64,000 bases of DNA from Oscillatoria acuminata PCC 6304 (GTDB taxonomy: Bacteria > Cyanobacteriota > Cyanobacteriia > Cyanobacteriales > Laspinemataceae), in contig NC_019693.1 of the NCBI RefSeq assembly GCF_000317105.1, positions 3,839,227-3,903,226 of the forward strand, in the 5' to 3' direction. The number at the start of each line of letters is the position of its first letter. Position 1 is the first letter of the stretch. The position numbers and the translations under genes are program-made. Of this stretch, positions 57,642 to 64,000 are shown in pieces. A model generated the notes under the pieces. The model worked only from the letters and a program-made list of their open reading frames with translations. It had not been told where the DNA came from and did not search any database.

Positions 57642-58895
57642 ATGCGTCAACTTTTATTAAAGGTGTCAATTGGGATGCTCGTCCTCATCTTGAGTGCGTG
57701 TGGTGGTGAACCGGAGACTCCGGAAGTCGTCGCCCCCGTCGAGCCATCTCCCACGACAACGGAGACTCCAACGGAAACTCCAGAGGAGTCCCCAGAAGCA
57801 GCAGAACAACCCGAATCCCCGGAATTTGAAGAACCTGTGGTGCCTCAGCGCCCGGATCCCACTTCCATTGGGAATTTAATTCCGCCCACCAGTCCAGATG
57901 AGCGAGTGCGGCAACTGGAACAGCAAAGGGCCCAACAAGGTCAGGAAAATCCCTTTGGGGTACTCGATGTCCAGCCGGTGCCGGTCACCCCGACACCGGG
58001 CGCAGAAGTAGCGACTCCTAGAGTTCCCGAATTTCCAGGCCGTGCGGTTCCCAATCTTCCAGAATTGCCCGTGGCGATCGGTCCACAATTACCCCCAGGT
58101 CAAGCAGTCGCCCAAGCTCAACCTTTTCAACCCTTCCCTGGACCGGGAGGAGGAACTGGAACGAGACCCGGAACTCCACCGGGAACTGGCCCTGGAGCCA
58201 GACCGGGAGCGCCCAGTCCTCAAGGACCGCAAATTCCAGACCAGGTTGCCCAAGGGGTTCCCAACCTTCCGGATTTGCCTGTGGGAATTGGCCCTGAACA
58301 ACTCCCTCCAAGACCGCGACCCCCTGCACAGCAAGCGGCGGCTGGTCCACCGGCTCCCCCTCAACCCCCCACGCTTCCGCCTTTAGTGGCGCGAGGGGTG
58401 CCAGGTCTTCCGGAACTGCCCCTCGGAATTGGTCCAGAACAACTGCCTCCGGTGGTCGCCCAGGCCCCTGCGGGTCCCCCTCAACCCCCAACGCTTCCGC
58501 CTTTAGTGGCGCGAGGGGTGCCAGGTCTTCCGGAACTGCCCGTGGGAATTGGTCCAGAACAACTGCCTCCCCCACCGCCACCGCCGATTCCACCACCGCC
58601 CCCTTCTACGGATTTAGCCCAAGGTACGGAAGTGACTGGGGTGATTCGAGCGGGGGGTCAAGTGCAAATTATTGTTAAGGCTCCCAATGAGGCCACTTCG
58701 CGCTATGTGAAGGTAGGCGATCGCATTGCTCTAGGCGAAGTGCTGGTTAAAGAGGTGCAAAATTTAGATTCCGCTGACCCGATTGTGATTTTGGAGCAAA
58801 ACGGCATTGAGGTCGGTAAGGCTCTCGGAGAACAAGAACCGCCAGAGGTTACCCCCGGTGGGGTGAACTTGGCTAATGCTGCATTAGGACGTTAG
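57642..58895 (+). CDS. Proline-rich repeat lipoprotein
   Basis: Lipobox 'LILSAC'. At least 5 copies of 'GVPxLPELPxGIGPEQLPP' encoded partly by a 120-bp tandem DNA repeat; non-repetitive C-terminal ~100 aa domain. Confidence 0.5.
   Translation: MRQLLLKVSIGMLVLILSACGGEPETPEVVAPVEPSPTTTETPTETPEESPEAAEQPESPEFEEPVVPQRPDPTSIGNLIPPTSPDERVRQLEQQRAQQGQENPFGVLDVQPVPVTPTPGAEVATPRVPEFPGRAVPNLPELPVAIGPQLPPGQAVAQAQPFQPFPGPGGGTGTRPGTPPGTGPGARPGAPSPQGPQIPDQVAQGVPNLPDLPVGIGPEQLPPRPRPPAQQAAAGPPAPPQPPTLPPLVARGVPGLPELPLGIGPEQLPPVVAQAPAGPPQPPTLPPLVARGVPGLPELPVGIGPEQLPPPPPPPIPPPPPSTDLAQGTEVTGVIRAGGQVQIIVKAPNEATSRYVKVGDRIALGEVLVKEVQNLDSADPIVILEQNGIEVGKALGEQEPPEVTPGGVNLANAALGR
58350..58570 (+). repeat. Two near-identical 120-bp tandem repeats inside the proline-rich lipoprotein gene
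   Basis: ACGCTTCCGCCTTTAGTGGCGCGAGGGGTGCCAGGTCTTCCGGAACTGCC recurs at 58371 and 58491. Confidence 0.75.
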
Positions 58896-59109
58896 CTGGG
58901 TTGTCAATGAAATCTAGCTGACCCGTGGGTATAAATGGCCAACGGGGATTTACGAGGCGATGGCACTCCGTTGTACCGATCGCGGTCATGTCTAAAATCA
59001 TGAACGCGATCGCCTCCTTCTCTGGGGTGAATCTACCGAATTGCAGAAGAAAGTTTCGGTTTCCAAAACTTAGAATAGATAATAACCATGCACATAGGAG
59101 AACGTTAGG

Positions 59110-59844
59110 ATGATCACTGACTCTCTCAAAAAGATCGGAATGACGATGTTCATCGTCTGTGTGATGCAGATTGCTAGTTCAATCGGGCCTATATCGCTCT
59201 CAAGCGCACAAGAAGAGGGAGAGGAGTATGTCCCTCCTTTTTGCACCGGAGACGCTTCCGCTGGCCCAGTTAAGTGTAATTACAACAATGGGGATAACTA
59301 CGTGGGATCGTTTTCCAATGGAGTTCCTAATGGTCGAGGCATTTATGTATATGCCAATGGCGATCGCTATGAAGGACTCTTTAGCGCGGGTCGTCCCAAC
59401 GGAGAGGGGACTTTTATCTTTGCTGATGATGCCCGCTATGAAGGTACATTTGAAAATGGTAATATTGTGAGGGGGAAAGCTATTTTCCCCGATGGCTCCC
59501 GCTATGAAGGGACTTTCCGCCTCGTTCAGGATATCGGTAGCGGTGATATTAGCTCTCAACCTGCTGGACAAGGGCAATTTGTCTTCACCAATGGCGATCG
59601 CTATGTGGGAGAATTCTTTGCCGGACAGCCCTTTGGTCAGGGAACCCTCAACCGCGTGGATGGAACTCGCTGTCAAGGCCGGTTCTTTAACGAAAACTTG
59701 GACGCGAATGGTAGTTGTACCTTCCCCAACGGTACTCGGTATGAAGGAGAATTGCGTCAAGGTCTTCCCCACGGTCAAGGTGTCCTGATTGATAGCGCTG
59801 GCAGACGCTTTCCTGGACAGTTCCGCGAAGGCAAACGGATTTAA
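59110..59844 (+). CDS. MORN-repeat protein with signal peptide
   Basis: Eight or more 'GDRYEGxFxxGxxxGxGxxxxAxG' MORN units. Confidence 0.8.
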   Translation: MITDSLKKIGMTMFIVCVMQIASSIGPISLSSAQEEGEEYVPPFCTGDASAGPVKCNYNNGDNYVGSFSNGVPNGRGIYVYANGDRYEGLFSAGRPNGEGTFIFADDARYEGTFENGNIVRGKAIFPDGSRYEGTFRLVQDIGSGDISSQPAGQGQFVFTNGDRYVGEFFAGQPFGQGTLNRVDGTRCQGRFFNENLDANGSCTFPNGTRYEGELRQGLPHGQGVLIDSAGRRFPGQFREGKRI

Positions 59845-60010
59845 TTGCAGGGATCATCGGCCCGACTCTCCTGGGGAGAACTTCCACCGGCGCGATCGCC
59901 TCTTAAAACTAGCGCATTCATACCGAAAACCCCAAGCGATCGCCTGGGGTTTTCTTGATTCTAGCTCCTATCATTCTGTAACTTGTCCCTTTGGTAACGC
60001 TTCATCCACC

Positions 60011-60322
60011 CTAAATAACATTACCCATTCTGCTGTTTAATTGGGCAATAAATTCTTTGAACTCTAGCTCCCGACTATGACCTAAATCGGTTTCTAACCA
60101 CTTCTGAACGGACTCCTGGACTTGTTTAATTCGCGTGTGCCCCGAACGATATTCATCAATCGCTTGGACCAATTCGCGATCGGATAAATTTTCCACCAAG
60201 GTATTCAGATATGCTGCGGCAATCTGGGCCACTTCTGCTTCGGTTGCAGGGCCATCAGTCCCTTGGGTTTGATGCAATCTCATCGCGAGGCGATTTAAGG
60301 CGTCATAGGCTTGCTTGTTCAT
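60011..60322 (-). CDS. Hypothetical protein
   Basis: 103-aa ORF; no motif. Confidence 0.3.
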   Translation of the reverse strand: MNKQAYDALNRLAMRLHQTQGTDGPATEAEVAQIAAAYLNTLVENLSDRELVQAIDEYRSGHTRIKQVQESVQKWLETDLGHSRELEFKEFIAQLNSRMGNVI

Positions 60323-60603
60323 TGTTCCATCTCCAATTGTCTATATGCTATGGATTGAATCCCTCAGTCTGGGGTCACTCAGATTGGGTCTTGCACTGGA
60401 GCAATATCCTAGAGTGATTGTGTTGTAACCGTTTTGCCCAGATTCCCGCCCTCAAATTCTCCCTCATGGTTGATCGTCACTCCACCTGTAGGGGAAGGCT
60501 GAGATATTTCCCCGCTAGATGTGGGGGTAGAAAACTTAAAGGTTTTCTTAATTCTCCTGGAATCCTTTGGGTTATATTCTAATCGTATATACTGATTGGA
60601 GAA

Positions 60604-61164
60604 ATGTCAATGTTTGATGACAAAAAACAATTTCACCCCGGTCAGAAGGTCGTTTGTCGCACGGATCCACAACAATCGGACTGGTATGAGTGTCAGGTTT
60701 TAGAGATTGCGGAGGTTTGTGAAACTGATGAAGAGTGCTACATTCGGACCACCTGCAACCGAGTTTTAGGGACTGAGGAGATAGAGGCAGTCGGGTCACC
60801 CAGTAAGCGGGGGCATCACCCCAACTCCAAGGCCAATTTGAAGAAAGGGCCCAAGAGTCGCAAAAAAAACCGAGTCCGCAAGTTGTTTTCCCTGGCCCCA
60901 GAAACGGTGGAATGGTTGCAAGACCAACCGATTCCAGCATCCCAGGCGATCGATAAGTTGGTGGAGTTGGCCCTGGCAACTTCGGCGAGTTGTACGGAAC
61001 TGCCCCAGGTGGGGTCTAAGGTGGAAATTTTAGAGGGTCCCAAAGCCGGTCGGATGGGACGGGTTCGCAAAGTCGGGGTCCAGGTGTGGATTGAGGAGAT
61101 CCCTGGCGATCGCCCGGTGGAAATGTTACCGTCTTATCCGCCTTCGAGTTTGAAAGAATGTTAG
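60604..61164 (+). CDS. Hypothetical protein (N- and C-terminal SH3/KOW-like beta segments)
   Basis: 186 aa; 'GQKVVCRTD...YECQVLEI' and 'GSKVEILEGPKAGRMGRVRKVGVQVWIEE' look like KOW/SH3-like barrels; basic linker. Confidence 0.35.
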   Translation: MSMFDDKKQFHPGQKVVCRTDPQQSDWYECQVLEIAEVCETDEECYIRTTCNRVLGTEEIEAVGSPSKRGHHPNSKANLKKGPKSRKKNRVRKLFSLAPETVEWLQDQPIPASQAIDKLVELALATSASCTELPQVGSKVEILEGPKAGRMGRVRKVGVQVWIEEIPGDRPVEMLPSYPPSSLKEC

Positions 61165-61229
61165 GGAACTCCAAAAAATAAAATATCCAAAACGTTCGTT
61201 CGTAGGATCAACGGTGTAGCCCCGTCAAT

Positions 61230-61278
61230 GTAGGGGCGCAATGCTTGCGCCCTTGGGGCGCAAGCATTGCGCCCCTAC
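61230..61278. repeat. Perfect 23-bp-arm palindrome GTAGGGGCGCAATGCTTGCGCCC-ttg-GGGCGCAAGCATTGCGCCCCTAC
   Basis: Same family as 55912-55963; lies between convergent gene ends. Confidence 0.75.
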
Positions 61279-61362
61279 AGATAGATACCTTCCTTTCAGT
61301 TGAACGGTTGGATGATTTATATTTTGCAATCCCCTTAGAAGATGATTGGGTTCGATATTTGT

Positions 61363-61420
61363 AGTAACGCCTGAAGGCGTGCTTAATTTACGGGGATAAC
61401 GCCTGAAGGCGTTACTACGA
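61363..61420. repeat. Two direct copies of the hairpin AACGCCTGAAGGCGTT embedded in a larger GTAGTAACGCC...GGCGTTACTAC dyad, followed by a T-rich tract
   Basis: Read directly; likely REP-like/terminator structure between convergent genes (60604-61164 plus strand, 61434-62594 minus strand). Confidence 0.5.
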
Positions 61421-61433
61421 ACTTTTTGTTTGT

Positions 61434-62594
61434 TTAACTGCGTGCTAGATAGTGATCCAAATTGGGGACCGTGACCCAGGTGCCGGTTTCGTGGGATTCG
61501 TGGGTGAGGTCCATGAGGAGTTGAGAGTAGACGCCTTCTCGTAGGGAAGGGGCGATCGCCCGTCTTGCTTCAATCCCTCGGACCCAATTATCCACCACGC
61601 GAATAAAGGGGGCAATCCGTCCGTCTGGGTAGGTTTTAGAAAACTCCAGACGGTTGGGAATCGTTAATTCTGATAAAGACTCCCCTGCTGGTGCACCCCA
61701 CAATTTAAACCCATGTACATAATCTTTCTGATTGTCGCTGCCGAGGACTAAGGTGCCGCGATCGCCATACACTTCCACCCAATGTCCTCGTCCTTGGTAA
61801 GTTGCGGAACTCAAACTTACTTGGATGGGAGTTCCATCGGTTAATTCCAACATCAGCAGACAGGTATCATCCGCATCCACAGGTTTCAGTTGTCCCCCCG
61901 CTTTCGGGTCCGGACGTTCGGTGACTGCGGTACTCAGGGAGGCACATAAGCGTTTGACGGGCCCAAATAACCAGGAAATATAATCAAAACAATGAGACCC
62001 GATCGCGCCTAAAGCACCCCCGCCTTGCTGTTTTTGAGAGTACCAATTCCAAGGCCGACTGGCATCAGCGCGAGAGGAGACTAACCAATCAATTTTAATT
62101 AAACGGTTTTGTCCACAGTATCCATCATCTAACAATTCTTTAAACCGCTGCCATGCTGGAACAAACCGAAATTCAAAATCCATCGCCGTTACCACACTGT
62201 TAGCATTGGCAATGCGATAGAGTTCTTTTGCTTCCGATGCCGATAGAGTCGTGGGTTTTTCGAGTAATAAATGCTTGCCCGCTTCTAACAAGGGTTTAGC
62301 CATTTCATAATGCAAAAAAGGCGGAGTAGACAGACTCACGGCCTGCACTTCGGGCATTTTAGCCAGATCCGCGATCGCATCGGTTGCCAGGGGGATATGA
62401 TGAGTCGCCGCGATCGCCTCCGCCTGATCAATATCCCGATGATAAACCGCGATCGCCTCCGTCTGAGGATATTCTTTCAATCCGGGAATATGCACTTTCT
62501 GTCCAAACCCCGTCCCCACAATAGCGACCCCAATCGGTCCCGGTCCATAATTAGGCCCAGTCGGATCAGAGGAGGCCGTTGATAAATTAGTCAT
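61434..62594 (-). CDS. Gfo/Idh/MocA family NAD(P)-dependent oxidoreductase
   Basis: Rossmann N-terminus 'IGVAIVGTGFGQKVHIPGL' and C-terminal alpha/beta domain typical of the family. Confidence 0.8.
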   Translation of the reverse strand: MTNLSTASSDPTGPNYGPGPIGVAIVGTGFGQKVHIPGLKEYPQTEAIAVYHRDIDQAEAIAATHHIPLATDAIADLAKMPEVQAVSLSTPPFLHYEMAKPLLEAGKHLLLEKPTTLSASEAKELYRIANANSVVTAMDFEFRFVPAWQRFKELLDDGYCGQNRLIKIDWLVSSRADASRPWNWYSQKQQGGGALGAIGSHCFDYISWLFGPVKRLCASLSTAVTERPDPKAGGQLKPVDADDTCLLMLELTDGTPIQVSLSSATYQGRGHWVEVYGDRGTLVLGSDNQKDYVHGFKLWGAPAGESLSELTIPNRLEFSKTYPDGRIAPFIRVVDNWVRGIEARRAIAPSLREGVYSQLLMDLTHESHETGTWVTVPNLDHYLARS

Positions 62595-62698
62595 TGGTTG
62601 TTTGTCCTTTGTTGTTGGTCATTGGTGAGTAGATGGATGATGGAGAATGGGAGAGGAAACGACTGAAGTCTTTACTACAAACATCTCCCCCATCTCCC

Positions 62699-63676
62699 CT
62701 ATCTTGGCGTCACAAAACTCTCCACCCATTCAATCACTTGATGCCCTAACCGTTGCTCATTGGGAAGGTATTTATCAATTTCTCGAATCCCTGTGGGACT
62801 GGTGACATTGACTTCGGTTAAATAGCCTCCAATCACATCGAGGCCGACAAAATATAGGCCATCTTCTCGAAGTTTGGGAGCGACTTCAGCGCAGATTTGT
62901 CGTTCGCGATCGGTAATCTCTGTTTTGACCGCTAGACCGCCAACGGCCATATTTCCGCGAAATTCACTCCCACTGGGAACCCGATTAACTGCACCAATGG
63001 GTTCGCCATTGAGGAGGATAATGCGTTTATCTCCTTGTTTGGCTTCGGGGAGATAGGTTTGAACCATTACGGGTTCTTTACCTTGTTTGGTACTAATTTC
63101 AATCAGGGAATTGAAGTTTTTATCTTCGGGGTCTAAAAATAAAATGCCTTCCCCAGCTTTTCCCCCTAATGGTTTGAGAACCGCTGCGCCTTTTCGGTCT
63201 AAAAAATCACGAATGACGGCTTTACTTTGACTAACGATGGTTTCAGGAATGACCGAGGTAAACTGGAGGGCATACATTTTTTCATTAGCGGCCCGTAGTC
63301 CTTTTGGAGAGTTCACCACGAGGGTTTTATCGGGGTGGATGTAATCAAGAATGTAGGTGGCGTAGAGATAGGGAATGGTAACGGGAGGGTCGGTTCGCAT
63401 GAAGACGACATCCATTGCTTCGAGGGGATGGGAACCGTCCGGTTGAATTTGGTACCAGGGGTTGGCCGCTATCCAGCGATCGCCTGCGCGTTCGATCGGT
63501 TTGAGGGTCACTCGGTCGAGGATTGCCCAAGCTTTGCCATTCACGATGCTGAGTTGATGCGCCTCAGTTATCCAAACCTCATGTCCTTTCGCTTGGGCGG
63601 ATTCCATCAGCGCGACGCTGGTATCGTGGGTGGGATCTAGTTTTTGGATTGGATCGATGATGAAGGCAAATTTCAC
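62699..63676 (-). CDS. gshB: Glutathione synthetase (ATP-grasp)
   Basis: 'MKFAFIIDPIQKLDPTHDTS' N-terminus, ATP-grasp motifs, length ~320 aa. Confidence 0.9.
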   Translation of the reverse strand: MKFAFIIDPIQKLDPTHDTSVALMESAQAKGHEVWITEAHQLSIVNGKAWAILDRVTLKPIERAGDRWIAANPWYQIQPDGSHPLEAMDVVFMRTDPPVTIPYLYATYILDYIHPDKTLVVNSPKGLRAANEKMYALQFTSVIPETIVSQSKAVIRDFLDRKGAAVLKPLGGKAGEGILFLDPEDKNFNSLIEISTKQGKEPVMVQTYLPEAKQGDKRIILLNGEPIGAVNRVPSGSEFRGNMAVGGLAVKTEITDRERQICAEVAPKLREDGLYFVGLDVIGGYLTEVNVTSPTGIREIDKYLPNEQRLGHQVIEWVESFVTPR

Positions 63677-64000
63677 GTTTACTTCCCTTGTGAATGGTTC
63701 CCTGGGTGGAGCTTTACCTATTTTATTTAAGCGCTAAACGGGACAAAAAAGCGATCGCCTCCGGGGGCGATCGCTTTTTTTGGGTGCTATTTCCGCCCAA
63801 ATTCCTCTCAAGGATGGATACTGTTGTAGATCCCAGGGACAAGAAAGCAGAGTTTTGGCTCAAATTTAGGGGCTTTTGTCCAGCAATCGGGTAAAAGAAC
63901 TGGATGGTCTTCCCTTGAGGGTCCCCCGGACTAAACCGACTCCGGTTGTAGCAAGGGATCTAACTGATTGTTTCCATCGAGGGCGTGCAAATCGTCGCAT

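Noticed and set aside
58018-58596. 192-aa minus-strand ORF inside the proline-rich lipoprotein gene.
   Set aside because: Reverse-complement frame of a Pro-codon-rich repeat, which yields a long Gly/Trp-rich open frame by chance. The plus-strand gene has a lipobox and coherent repeats.

Overview
This 64-kb window is cyanobacterial chromosome: the HIP1 octamer GCGATCGC is very abundant, and the gene content includes hli, ycf46, btpA, rbcR/ycf30, pentapeptide-repeat, CHAT-TPR, Uma2/DUF4058, MORN and DUF11 genes. All calls are from reading the sequence and ORF translations; no database or structure search was run. Housekeeping genes are interspersed with accessory content: thrS, gshB, rsmG, btpA, cutA, a VKOR-thioredoxin fusion, ycf46 with a DUF1257-like partner, the LysR regulator rbcR, a NUDIX hydrolase, an ABC ATPase, a Gfo/Idh/MocA oxidoreductase and a SAM methyltransferase. 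Two accessory stretches stand out. (1) Roughly 9.3-18.9 kb holds unknown proteins, a pentapeptide-repeat protein, a translationally coupled pair of AAA-like (PF14516-type) NTPases (one with an N-terminal LuxR-type HTH, one with a C-terminal vWA domain), a DUF3368/UPF0175 toxin-antitoxin pair and a DUF4058 protein. (2) Roughly 33-38 kb holds a solo IS200/IS605-family TnpB element with matching subterminal hairpins, followed by three tandemly duplicated Uma2-family nuclease genes; the third carries an in-frame 21-bp tandem-repeat expansion. The most striking feature is a 13.5-kb, five-gene, co-directional and partly start/stop-overlapping operon (42.3-55.9 kb). All five products have signal peptides. 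They carry DUF11/CARDB-like repeat domains, a Pro/Thr-rich linker, an SdrD-B/Cna-B-like domain, a Big-like domain and 147-bp tandem repeats; the 1560-aa member has a ~950-aa C-terminal region with outer-membrane beta-barrel-like sequence character. No chaperone, ATPase or secretin gene is visible, so I read this as a candidate uncharacterised cell-surface fibre or adhesin export system. A CheY-CheC-like-PAS/GAF/GGDEF operon, a promoter-plus-terminator-delimited sRNA candidate, an HLR1 element upstream of hli, several intrinsic terminators, and a family of GTAGGGGCG...CGCCCCTAC palindromic repeats are also described.
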